Source: Selaginella moellendorffii
Lineage: Eukaryota > Plantae > Lycopodiophyta
Direction: 5' to 3'
Assembly: GCF_000143415.4 (NCBI RefSeq)
Contig: NW_003314367.1
Span: 310,001 to 374,000 of the forward strand
DNA length: 64,000 nt
Shown: piece by piece, positions 25,094 through 35,754 of the stretch
Position numbering within the stretch: the stretch's first letter is position 1
How the letters are laid out: every line of letters begins with the position of its first letter
The notes under the pieces: generated by a model
The model's input: only the letters and a program-made list of their open reading frames with translations
What the model was told of the DNA's origin: nothing
The model's database searches: none
Translations under genes and position numbers: made by a program

Positions 25094-26208
25094 TCGGGAC
25101 CGAGACCGAGATCGAGGCCGAGGCCGAGACCGAGCCCGAGCCCAAGTCCGAGTCTGAATCCGAGTCCGAGTCCGAGTCCGAGTCCGAGTCCGAGTCTGAG
25201 TCCGGAGCCTGAGAGGGTGAAAGCCCAAAGCGTTCGTCTCCCAGACCCTGGGGGGTTTGGTGAGCTCCAAAAGTATAGTAGGGGGGAGGACTGCAGTGGA
25301 GCCAGTTTGGCCAGGAAAGGCCAGTTTGGCCCAGGAAGGCCGGACCCAGTGTTGGGTGATGAGCTGCCCACTGGGAAGTCCAAGACTAGAGTGAACACAG
25401 ACCGACAAGTGGGGTAGCTTGGTGAAGTGTTCAAGAGCCGGCTCTAGTTCCCCCGGGAGATCGACTGGCCGATGCTCCCAGTCCAAGTGTGGGTGGCACT
25501 ACCTACTTGGATACCTGGTGTGGCTCAACGGAACCCGCTCTAAGCCCATGGCTAGAGCACCCAAGGGCAGAAGGCAAGGAGAGTACCCAGGTGGCTCGCG
25601 TAAGGCCACAGTGTTCCGAAATGTTGTCCCAAAGGCCCAGACTGTGGAAAGGAAGAGGAGCAGTCCTCTGGGGTAGTGACCAAGGACACAGTCGTGTGGT
25701 GAGGAAGTCCCAGAGGACCGTGGGACTTAGTGGTCGGGCTTGTGGGTCTCGATCCAGTGGCAGTGTTGGCAAACACGGCCAGGGGCAGAAAGGGACTTAG
25801 TGGGGACTGACAGAGGGATATTGGGGAAGGCTAATCCCCTTGTCGGTGGGCATCCTAAGGATGTTAAGGAGTGGATCTGAGATGACCACTCACGGATGGT
25901 TTGCCTAGTCTTGGAGAGCCAAGACGGTGATGCAAGTGGTATTGGACTACTAGTGTGGCAAAGGTGATTGGGCATGGCCTTAGCGTAACGGGCTGCTATG
26001 TCGGTGGTACCTTTGAGTGTCGGTCATGGGATCGGACACGTGGAGCGCTTGGACCAAGTGCAAATGTTGAGTGGCATGGATGCCATTCTCGGGGCTAGAA
26101 AGTCCCAAGTCCTGGATTGGACTTATGGAGGTTGTGAATGAGACTCCTCCAAGTGGTCAGAGGTGTGGTTAAGTGACTAAAGTAGAATGGAAAATTTAAT
26201 CGCTTACA
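18298..26208 (+). mobile_element. Second LARD-like element (element C, same family as A, opposite orientation) inserted in the 5' LTR of A
   Basis: LTRs ~18298-20266 and 24377-26208. PBS TGGTATCGGAGC at 20270 and PPT ATGGGTGGTGGAGT at 24363-24376. TSD CCTCG at 18293-18297 / 26209-26213; the left end lies beside the N gap and looks low quality. The internal region is a diverged reverse complement of 4999-9102. Confidence 0.9.
18332..18431. other. Assembly gap (100 N)
   Basis: Run of N. Flanking bases deviate from the expected LTR sequence, suggesting poor read ends. Confidence 1.
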
Positions 26209-26400
26209 CCTCGCTTATTGCTCGCTTCGTGCTCGTTCCTCGAGCACTTTGTTGGGAGTTCCACTCCCGCTCTTGACTTTTCAAGTCGGAGCTTTTGGTC
26301 CAAACGTGTTACGCTCGTTTGGCTCTCGCTTCAGCCACTACCACGTGGCACCCTTTCCGGCTCCACTTTGGGGCCTAGGGATTTTGTGTCTCACATAGAC

Positions 26401-27560
26401 CTTCATCCGTAAGCTTGGCTACAGAAACCAGATTCTTCACTATCTTTGGAACATACCATGCATTCTTCAAGAGCAGAGATTTTCTTCCCAGTGGACCTCG
26501 CACATCCCCAGTTGCGCGAACAGGTAAAATGCTTCCATCTCCCACATGAATGCACTTCCCTTTTGCAGCATGCAACTGCACAAAGTTTGACCCGCTTTGC
26601 ATCAGGTGTCTCTCTGAACCTGAATCGATGGTCAGTTTTTCAGAAACGTTTGGAACTGCTACCTCAGATGATGCTGCAAGTTCTTGTGTTTCCCCTTCCT
26701 GAGCATTTGCTGCGAGCCTTATGTTCATGCGCTGCAGCCAAGCTGCAACTGGGCAATCCTTGGAGTAGTGTCCTGGCATCCCACAGGTCCAGCATTCCTG
26801 TTTGTTCTTGCCCACAAAACAATCCCGAACTACTGCTTCTTTACCAGAATTCCCTGAATTCTACTGCTGCTGTGGATTTCCCCTAAACCTGCGACCTCTG
26901 CCTCGTCCTCCTCTTCCGCGGCCTCCTCTGCCTCGATGATTTCCAGCCCACATAGCTGAATCAGTCCCTGACTGATTGATTGATGCAGAAGCATTTGATG
27001 TAGAATGTGAGATCAAAACATGGGAAGGCCTCTGATCAAAGTCCACAATCAAACCTCTCGCAGCCAGCTCCGAGCGTAAAGTTTGCTCAGCTTGTTCAAA
27101 GTTGAGCGACATCATGCGAACGGTAGGGACGAAAGAACTAAAAGAAGAATCTTGCATGGCCTCGCAAAGTGCCAAAACTTTCTTGCTTTCGTTGAACGCT
27201 GCTAGACTGCCTTCAAGCTCCATCCACAGATCTTGCATCTTGGCGAGGAACTCTTCAAAGTTCTCGCCTGGATGAAAACGGGTCTCACGAATGCAAGTCT
27301 CGACCATGCTAATCTTGGAGAGGGAAAGAACAGCATACTTGTTGTGGAGATGAGCCCAGATCTCACAAGCACACTTATGACACAAACGCATCATAAGGGC
27401 ATCTGCAAACTTAGAAAGAATCAATCCTTTTGCTCGAGATTCCTTCTTCTCCAGCGCAGCTTGTTCCCCTGGATCAAGCTGTTGTCAAGCTGCTGGAACA
27501 GAGGCACGAATTGCCTCTTCATCCACGACTTCTCCTTCCACTGAAGTGAAGCTCCCAATG
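26401..27560 (-). pseudogene. Copia gag-protease remnant
   Basis: Gag-like ORF 26861-27424, zinc knuckle CWTCGMPGHYSKDC, protease-like LTIDSGSERHLM, and LKNAWYVPKIVKNLVSVAKLTDEGL, which continues at 3147 after A is removed. Frameshifted. Confidence 0.9.
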
Positions 27561-27794
27561 CAGCAGGGGCTCACCATGTACAAGCATCTGCAGCGATTGT
27601 CGGTGGTGAAACGATTTCCTAGAGTTCTTCCATCTGCAGCACGCGCATCATTTTCTCGGACCGGGTGTTGAACCCTCTCCTCCCATCAAAGGCAGTGACT
27701 CCCTGAAGCAAGATCAATCCAACTTTGCTGCAGCTCATGATGTGAGGCACAAAAAAAGGAGAAGAAAGAGTTCAGAAACTAAGCTCTGATACCA

Positions 27795-27948
27795 AGAAAG
27801 AAAAACGGAGCAAGAACAATGAATTTCACTTCAACACACACCTTGATTCATATATGGCTGTATATATATACAACTTCAATCAAATCGGAAATCACCAGAG
27901 ATCTGATCACGATTCGGACTGCTTGTCGTGTTCATCATTATTCCTACA
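27795..27948 (-). repeat. Copia 5' LTR
   Basis: Directly abuts the PBS and matches 331-484. Confidence 0.95.
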
Positions 27949-27953
27949 ACAAG

Positions 27954-28950
27954 ACCGTTGCACAGGCGTCGGAGACCGTAACAAAGGTGATCTCGTTGGG
28001 TTGCAAGCCTTCAAGATCCATCTTTCAAAACAACGCGATGGCCTGCTGATTATGCCCGTTGTGCGAATACGCCGCAATCGTAACGTTCCAGGAAACCACA
28101 TCTCTGCAAGGCATCTGATTCAAGACATCCACAGCTTGATCAACCAGTCCGTTCTGAGCATAGGCTGTGACCATTGAGTTCCAGGTCACGACATCCCTCT
28201 CAGGCACCTTTTCAAACAACACCCTTGCCTCACGTAAATGACCGTTTTGCGCATACTCTCTAACGATCGTCGTCTTTCTTCTCCGGCATCGCATCAAACA
28301 CCATCCTCGCAAGTCCCAAATCGCCCTCCGAAGCGTGCGCAGCTACGATCGTGTTCCTGGCGATGAGATTCTGCTGAGGCATTCCGTCAAACAAAGCCTT
28401 TGCTCGAGCGGTGTCGCCATTTTGAGCATACGCGGAGATCATCAGCGACCACGAAACCAGATCTCTCCTCGGCATATCTTCGAACAATGTCTCGGCCTCG
28501 CGAAAACGCTTCGTGTGAGCGTAACCAGATATCATCACATTCCAACAGATCCTCAGCCTCTTCAAGACCACCAGTTCTTCTGTAGGCTTCCAGCATTGTC
28601 GTCCAGGAAACCACATTCTTGATCGGCATGTTGCCGAACAAAATCCTCGCTTGCAGCAACTGACCATTCTCTGTATATGCACGGATCATGATGTTCCAAG
28701 TGGACGCATTAGGCTGGTTAACACTATCAAACACGTCGCGAGCATCAGGCAAACTCCCGCATTTCCCGTACATCTGAACGAGCAGATTGCAGAGGACTGT
28801 GTTGTTTGTTTGCCAGGACGCATGGATCTCTCTGTGAAGTTGTTTCCCTCTGGCTAAGTCTCTGGTAAGAGCGCAGGATTTCAGCAGCGAGACGTACAGA
28901 GCTGGGCTGATGGTGGTTCTAGAAACGCACATCTCTGTCAACTGAATCAT
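27954..28950 (-). pseudogene. PLS-class PPR gene, 5' part
   Basis: LLVQMYGKCGSLPDARDVFD, VVSWTTML and DVVTWNSMVTAYAQNG repeats spread over three frames, plus an internal TGA (ALF*KMDLEG). Confidence 0.92.
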
Positions 28951-29057
28951 CGATCTTATACAGCGCTAGCCTACAGCTTCTATCTAAACTGGTTTTGCGA
29001 CATCCATATCAACAATCCGGCTTGTTTCGTCGGTGCTCGTCTTCTTCTTCGGTTTCT

Positions 29058-29661
29058 TCATCTCATGTAGACGGACAAGTAGGCAATGCTGAGCAGCAAA
29101 GTGACGAGTGTAAAAGCAGCACCGACAACACTCACGCCTTGCAGAACAGTGCTGCAACCAGATTCTTCAAACCTTTCCACTTGGTAACTGCTGAGGCTGG
29201 CCGCCGTGTTCAAGAAGAGCTCAGCGATCACGAAAGAGATCCTGCCATTACCACAAAAGTTGATCTTTTAAATAAATGAATTTTTCTTTCTTGCTGAAAA
29301 TACCAGGAAAGAGTGAGGAGGATAATTTCAGCGATCTTGCATCCGCGTCGATGAAGCGACGAAGAACAGCAAGTGCATTTTGTGGCGGCTGTGGCGGTGA
29401 TTTAGCCGAGAGGCAAACACACGGCAGCTCCGATAGCTAAGCCGCTTGCTACCCCTCCTCTCTTGGGGATGCATCTGATTCTGGTGTGATCAGATGAAAT
29501 CTCGTCTTGAATGGTTTCCTACAGCCAGAAAACGCGAATTCAAGGGCGAAGTGAAGGCGGCTTACATGATAACTTGTGGACGAAGAACCGACTGAAAGGC
29601 CGAACGCGAGGAGATCCAACGCTAATGTAAATGCAGCAGCGGGATAAAGAGATAACCTCAT
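29058..29661 (-). pseudogene. DUF1218 (Fb34/MWL-like) small membrane protein, 3 exons, disrupted
   Basis: Manual translation: LALDLLAFGLSVG / VASGLAIGAAVCLPLG*ITATAATKCTCC..IILLTLSW / ISFVIAELFL..CSTVLQGVSVVGAAFTLVTLLLSIAYL. This fits the family pattern from recall. There is a stop and a frameshift in exon 2. Confidence 0.65.
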
Positions 29662-29943
29662 TGGAACTCTTGCAACTGGGAATGAATCAATTGAAGCAGA
29701 AGCAGAGTAAAGGGAGACATTGTCGGTGAAGTTAAGCAAAGTGAGTTAGTATTTAACATATAATTAACAAAATGTTTGCAAAAAACATATTCTATGAAAA
29801 TAGTCAACTCTATGTTTTGTTACATTCCACTGAGGGGGAATTCTAATTGGTACATAATATTCTTTTCCATACAAAGAATATTCTGGTACACGGTAATTGT
29901 GTCAAGTTTAAGGATTTTATAAAAACATAATTATTATTTATTT

Positions 29944-29953
<10 letters not shown>

Positions 29954-29985
<32 letters not shown>
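29954..29985. repeat. (TA)n microsatellite
   Basis: About 16 TA units. Confidence 0.95.
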
Positions 29986-29990
<5 letters not shown>

Positions 29991-30004
29991 CTAAATATAA
30001 ACTA

Positions 30005-32695
30005 CTAGCACTTGCCCAGCATGTGCTGTCCTATTAGCAAAATATTGTTTTGATTGTTATAATTTTGTTATATTAAAAATTAAAAGTAGAATAATATCAA
30101 AAAATAAATATTGTATTCTACTTTGAAAGAAGAATTGAGGGAATTATGCCCAGCAAATGTTAGGTGAACACAAAAGTCAATTCTTGTAAACTTGATATTA
30201 TAAATATTTAGAACAAAATATATTCCTAGAGAAAAGTAAGAATAAATATTCATGGTGGGTGCCTTTAGCCATACTAGAGTCTGCATCTCAGACCGAAGTC
30301 CATTGAGAAACTAGTTCATACCTAAAACATCTGGAACAGAAGCCTCATGGGTACTTTCCCCGCCTTTCGCCTTTAGGTGCTCTAGCCATGGGCTTAGAGC
30401 GAAGTTCCGTTACCATGTGATCCAGGCCATTACCCCAGAACTTCAGCGCGATCACAAACCGGCATGATGGCAATGCGAAATACTAATAAAAATATTAGAT
30501 ACAATTATTATTTGGAAATATGAATATATTTAGACCCAGAAAAAAATAAAAATAAAAATTCTATTATTAATAATATGTTATATGTAAGTTATATTTTTAT
30601 TTGGGATAAGCTTATATTAAGAGAATAATTACTAAGAATAATTATTACTCATTTTTATTAGCAAGACATTACTTAATTATGTGGTTTACCTAAAATATAA
30701 AACATTAAGTTTTTAGGAACATTACTCAGATCCAGTCAAGAAAATAATTACTAAAAAAATCTTTTGTAAATATATATACTATAGAAACTGTATCTTAGTA
30801 TTCCCACCACCCAAGAGCCCCAGGGTGGTGGGACTGGGAAATGTACCTTGTCTTGCGGCTCACTGCACAATCGTTAAATTCCCACCTTGTTCTCAAAAAT
30901 GTCTCTGCATTTTATTTGAAAGTATTCGCGAATCACAACAATTGATTGATCCAAAAGAAGTTTTACACAAAATCTCGAGACTTACCTGGCACTTGGTCTC
31001 TTCAGGTCGATTGTTACAAGTTTGCAAGCATGAAGGATCTGCAATGCATCGAGTGAGCTCCAATCTAGAGAAGAAAAAAAAAAAAAAACATCAAGCAAGC
31101 TCCTTGTTCAGTCTCCCAAAGCTTTCCTTTGCATCAGGCACGTCTCTCTCTCCTCGAGCGCCTCGAGCCCCGTGATCCTCTCCATCAGCTGCCAGTTACT
31201 TGCTTCTCCAGGCTTGCCTTTCGCTTCCAAACTCTGCCATCCTCTTCTCGACGTGCTCCTGGCCAAGAGCTCCACCTCGTGCAGCGGATTTGACTCCATC
31301 AGCCATTATCCCCTGGGGCTCCTGTCCGAACACTTCCCTCATTCCACCAGATGAGAGAGAACGTCTAGCATAGTCTGTCTTATAGTCTCCGCAGCCATCT
31401 GAAACCCCGGTCACAAGCAGCTTCAGCTATATTGTCTTCTCGCCATCTTGCAGCCATCTGGCACTGGTTTACGTCGTTCCTCACTACTATCATGGACAGC
31501 CTTACCGGATCCAACTTCTGGATTTGACTCTTGAGAGTTGGCTTCTCCGATGTTAGAGTCCGAGCACTGGCCTCCAGTTGACCAATCCTTGCAGCCAACT
31601 TCTCGAGCTAGGAGCCAGCTTCATTTCTCGTTTCTTCGACGTGCTTAGAACAGTTTGCTCGTGTTCTCTTCTCAGGTAAACCTAGGGTCTAGTCGTCTTA
31701 GAGTTCGCTCCAGCCCGGCCGATCATCTTCTTGCCATCATGGTTCCGACAAAACAAACACTCATCGTTCACTCCAGCTCTCTACAACAAACACGTTATTA
31801 GCTAACGGCCATCTGGAATCTGGAAGGTATATCAAACTTACCTGTCTCCTCTTGAATTCGGCAACAAAATCTCTCCCTGCACGATCATATAGTTCTTTTG
31901 CCTCCTTCACGAAGACCACCTCGCCGGACTGAAGCTCCTTCCACGGTTTCCTCTCACTCGAGATCCTATACAGCATTTTCTGGAGCCACATCATCTTCTG
32001 CGCTCGCTTGATCCTCTCTCGGTCGCTGGATTTGCCGTTGAGCTCCTCGTAAAGCTGCTCAGTGAATCTGATCAGAATCTGGAGCGCGCTAACACTCCAA
32101 GACTTTTCCTCGTGCTTCTCCTCTTCTGTTTCCTCGCGCTTTTCCTCTTCCAAGCTGCGGATCTTCTTCTCAGTTTTTCCCCTCTGGTTTAGCCACCGGT
32201 TTGCCTTGTGGAAAGCTTCGAGAGATGTGAACTCAACATATCCCCATTGGCCATCGCTAAGATCGGTTTCACTGCGATTTGGGAGAAGATCCGCCACACC
32301 TCTGAACATCCACAATCTGGACATACACATCAATGATTGGGATTTTTCCCAAGGCAAAGATCCTCCTCTCCATGGCGAGTGAGAGCAACGCAGTGTCCTG
32401 AAATACCATCCTCACGAGCTACATCCAATTCGGCCATCTTAGCCCCGCGATCGCGATCTTCCGCGCCATGCTGGATCCAAATCTAGTCTCCTGGACAGCA
32501 GTGATCACTGGCATTGCCCACAATCCCGGGTTGCATTGATCGGCACTGGATTTTCTCTGCGAGCTCTAGCAGGAGGGCTGGAATTCCAGCAAGATCTGTT
32601 ACAGAACACATGCATATGACACGCGTCGCTGCGCCTTCCTCTCCTGCCCCACATGGCTTGGCTGCCTCCCATTGGCCAAGAGCAAACATCAGCGC
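30005..32695 (-). mobile_element. Non-autonomous Helitron (minus strand, 5' end truncated)
   Basis: Minus-strand 3' end CAGCACATGCTG hairpin + GGCAAGTGCTAG|T at 30005. About 230 bp are homologous to 35440-35654. Bases 32615-32695 are an inverted copy of the 5' module at ~32912-32990. Confidence 0.7.
31761..32357 (-). CDS. Hypothetical 198-aa charged protein within the Helitron
   Basis: Open frame with protein-like composition; no recognised domain. Confidence 0.35.
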   Translation of the reverse strand: MPWEKSQSLMCMSRLWMFRGVADLLPNRSETDLSDGQWGYVEFTSLEAFHKANRWLNQRGKTEKKIRSLEEEKREETEEEKHEEKSWSVSALQILIRFTEQLYEELNGKSSDRERIKRAQKMMWLQKMLYRISSERKPWKELQSGEVVFVKEAKELYDRAGRDFVAEFKRRQVSLIYLPDSRWPLANNVFVVESWSER

Positions 32696-32818
32696 GATAA
32701 TTCACTAAGATGTGGTTAAAGAAATAACCCCTTTACAGTTACCCCTATCGGATGGCTGCGATTGGCTGGATTTGGTGGCCCAGAAATTTCGGCAACTCCT
32801 CCTTATTGTGATAGATAA

Positions 32819-35654
32819 TCTATACATATAAAGTGATAGCAGGGAGGCTCCCCGACCGTTGGATCCCAGGCCTGGGCCAGGGTCAGTAGCCATGGTTGCG
32901 CAAGAAATTTTTCTGATATTTGCTCTCGGCCAATGGGAGGTGGCCAAGCTGCGTGGGGCGGGAGAAGAAGGCACAGCGACATGTGTCTTTCCTGCACAAA
33001 TCGCCTCGTCACTCTCGATGTGGAGCGCCGCTGCTTTAGGGAAAGGGCAAGAGAGCGATGCGCTCGAGTAAATGGTCAGTGAAGCTGTGGCTCCTGGATC
33101 TCCCAGGCAGAGATCTTCCACTCAGAGATCTCCCGCTCAATTGCCACAGCAATCCCTGCAGGAACAGGCACCAGCAGCAGATCCGGAGCTACAGTCTCGC
33201 CACCGTCACTCCCGGCATGGAGGATCTCCACCGCTGCTTTAGGGAAAGGGCATAGCTCTAGAGGAGAGCGAGTAAATGGCCCAGTGGTCCACCCAGTGGC
33301 AGCAGTGGAGGGATGGACAAGGGGGGTGGTGCGATGACACTCGGTGGTTTTCAGCCTCCAAAAGACATGGTTTTTACGTCATCTGATCCCCATCGTAGGT
33401 ATTCGTTCATTCTTTATGACTTTGTTAGAGTTGAAAGCTACAAACAACAGTAGCAAAGCATTAGTTTTCCTATCATCCTAGTTTTTTTCTTCTCCACAAC
33501 AATGACAAAGAGACTATGTCTGAGTGGTGGTGGTGGTGGTGGTGGCACTCTCGCCACCACTCCTGTTAAGTCTGCTAAAGAGGGCAGCACTGAGAAACCC
33601 ATCCTAGGAGGAGCCTTGCGACACTGATCTTGCAAACTTAGAGAACAATCCGGTGCTGTTCTCCGCGGAGCTGCTGTTAGTGCTAAGGTTGGGTGCTGGT
33701 GTGGAGCTCTGTCTTTTTTTCCAGTCCTTAATACAACTTGATGCTCAAAGGAATTTGTTGCACTTAAAGCCCGAAGTTTTTGATGGCAAGTAGGGCACCG
33801 TTCTGGACAGCAGAACGACATACACATACTTCCTTGGAGCTGCGTTTCAGGCTTTTAAAAGTGTAGTAAGTGCGAGAGAGCCACCACAGCTCCGGTGGTC
33901 ATTGGCTCCAAGCGAGGCAAGACAGGCATGTGACATGTGTCACCAGTGGTGTCCTGCCCCTGTGCCCGTTCTTTTTAGCTCGCCCTAGATGCCCTGCCGC
34001 AATTGAACTAACACTTGCTTGGATCAGTGGCAATCGCAGCAATTGTGCTTTTTTCTGCAGAGGTCTGTGTTCAGCGTCAGGCCGGCAGCCACTAATTTGG
34101 CCCCCAACCCCAACAATCTGGATTTTTGTGTGCTGTGAAAATTTGAGACGTCTTCATTTGGGTTTGTGGATGCTATCCAGTGGCAGAGCTAGCCTTCACG
34201 GCCAAAACCATTAGCCCTGTCCTTTTGCGAGAGAGAACAAGCCCAAGGTAAGTTCTCTAACTTGCAAACTTCACCCACCTCTCACGGCTGCTCACCAAGG
34301 TTTTATTGGTTGCTTTTGTTTACAGATTAAGGTGTGTACAGATTGTGCTCTCATTGTATAGTCTTTTTTTTTTTTCCAGTGTAAGAATGTGAGTTCAGGC
34401 TTTTACTTAGAATCTCTGAAAATCTATACACATAAAGCGATAGCGGGGAGGCTCGCCAGCCATTGGATCCCAAGCCCAGGCCAGGGTCAGTAGCCATGGT
34501 TGCGCGAGAAATTTTTCTGATGTTTGCTCCCGGCCAATGGGAGGCGGCCAAGCCGCGTGGGGCGGGAGAAGAAGGCACACCAACACGTGTCACATGCAAG
34601 TGTCTTTCCTATCATCATCCAAACTTTTTTTGTTGAGATCTTTTAAATTTTCCTGCACAAATGTGGAGCGCCCCTGGTTTAGGGAAAGGGCAAGAGAGCG
34701 ATGAGGTCGAGTAAATGGCGAGTGAAGCTGTGGCTAGGCAGACATCTTCCACTCAGAGATCTCCTGCTCAATCGCCACAGCAATCCCCGCAGGAACAGGC
34801 ACCAACAGCAGATCCGGAGCTACAGTCTCACCACCGTCACCCCCGGCATGGAGGATCTCCACCACTGCTTTAGGGAAAGGGCGTAGCTCTAGAGGAGAGC
34901 GAGTAAATGGCCAGTGAAGCTGCGGCTCCCAGTCCCCGCGGGAACAGGTGCTAGCAGCAGATCTGGACCCGCGGGCTCTAGATCCAACGGGTCCAGTGGT
35001 CCACCCAGTGGCAGCAGCAGCACCTCCACCAGCGACGACAGAGGTGTTGAGAAGAATGCCATGGAGGACGTTTTCTCTTTTTGTTATGGAGGGATGAACG
35101 AGGGGGGTGGTGCGATGACACTCGGTGGTTTTCAGCCTCCAAAAGACATGGTTTTTATGTTGTCTTGATCATACTTTCAAGGACATTCTTCTTCACATTC
35201 CTCTTAAGCTTGGAAAGAAACAACACATCCTTAAGCTGTCTACTGTGGTAAATGCCACTGGCCCCGACCAATATTTCATTGCCCCTTCGGCATTACAAGC
35301 CTTAATCAATGTAGTTACTCTTGAAGTGGAACATGAGTAAGTTAAAGAATGTTGAGATATCTTACTCATTTTAGTGACTGACTGGATCGGACCATCTGTG
35401 ACAGTCACATTTACCAAGGAACTCTATCTCGAAGCTTTATTTTTATTTATGCCTAGGAGTATATTTTGTTCTAAATATTTATATTATCAAGTTTTTAAGA
35501 ATTAATTTTTGTAATGAATCTAACATTTTCTAGGCATAATTAAAGTGGAATAAAATATTTGATTTTTTTATACAATTCCAATTTAGTTTTTATTATATTA
35601 AAAAATCAAAACAGTATTTTGCTACCTACACAGCATATGCTGGGCAAGTGCTAG
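32819..35654 (+). mobile_element. Non-autonomous Helitron(s): 5' ends A|TCTATAC at 32819 and 34423, 3' end hairpin+CTAG|T at 35654
   Basis: Canonical TC...CTAG termini. Bases 32819-33400 are duplicated at 34423-35165. Confidence 0.75.
35043..35168 (+). pseudogene. Captured A1 aspartic protease exon fragment (second copy at ~33307-33400)
   Basis: VEKNAMEDVFSFCYGGMNEGGGAMTLGGFQPPKDMVF resembles the plant aspartyl protease motif FSLCYGGMD.GGGAM.LG. The other copy ends at a splice donor (CGTAG|GTATT). Confidence 0.7.
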
Positions 35655-35754
35655 TTTTAAGATAAGTGCTTTGACTTTCTTTTTTTACTTCTTGCTTTAA
35701 GTTTATATTTACACTAGATAGGTTATTTCATCTCATTTATCATCCCTAGCAAAT

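Larger units (their letters stand above)
3148..26395 (-). mobile_element. Non-autonomous LTR element (LARD-like, element A) inserted in the copia
   Basis: Perfect TSD TAGAC (3143-3147, 26396-26400). 3' LTR is 3148-4998. 5' LTR is in pieces: 9103-9954, 17492-18297, 26214-26395. PBS TGGTATCAGGGC at ~9088-9099 and PPT at ~4999-5012. The ~4.1 kb internal region has no long ORF. Confidence 0.92.
331..27948 (-). mobile_element. Decayed Ty1/copia LTR retrotransposon carrying nested insertions
   Basis: Two 154-bp LTRs (331-484, 27795-27948). PBS TGGTATCAGAGC (27783-27794) and PPT (485-497). 5-bp TSD ACGAG (326-330) / ACAAG (27949-27953). Domain order gag-PR-IN-RT-RH. Confidence 0.95.

Noticed and set aside
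30802-30833. 11-bp GC-rich hairpin as another Helitron 3' end
   Set aside because: No properly placed CTRR|T on either strand.
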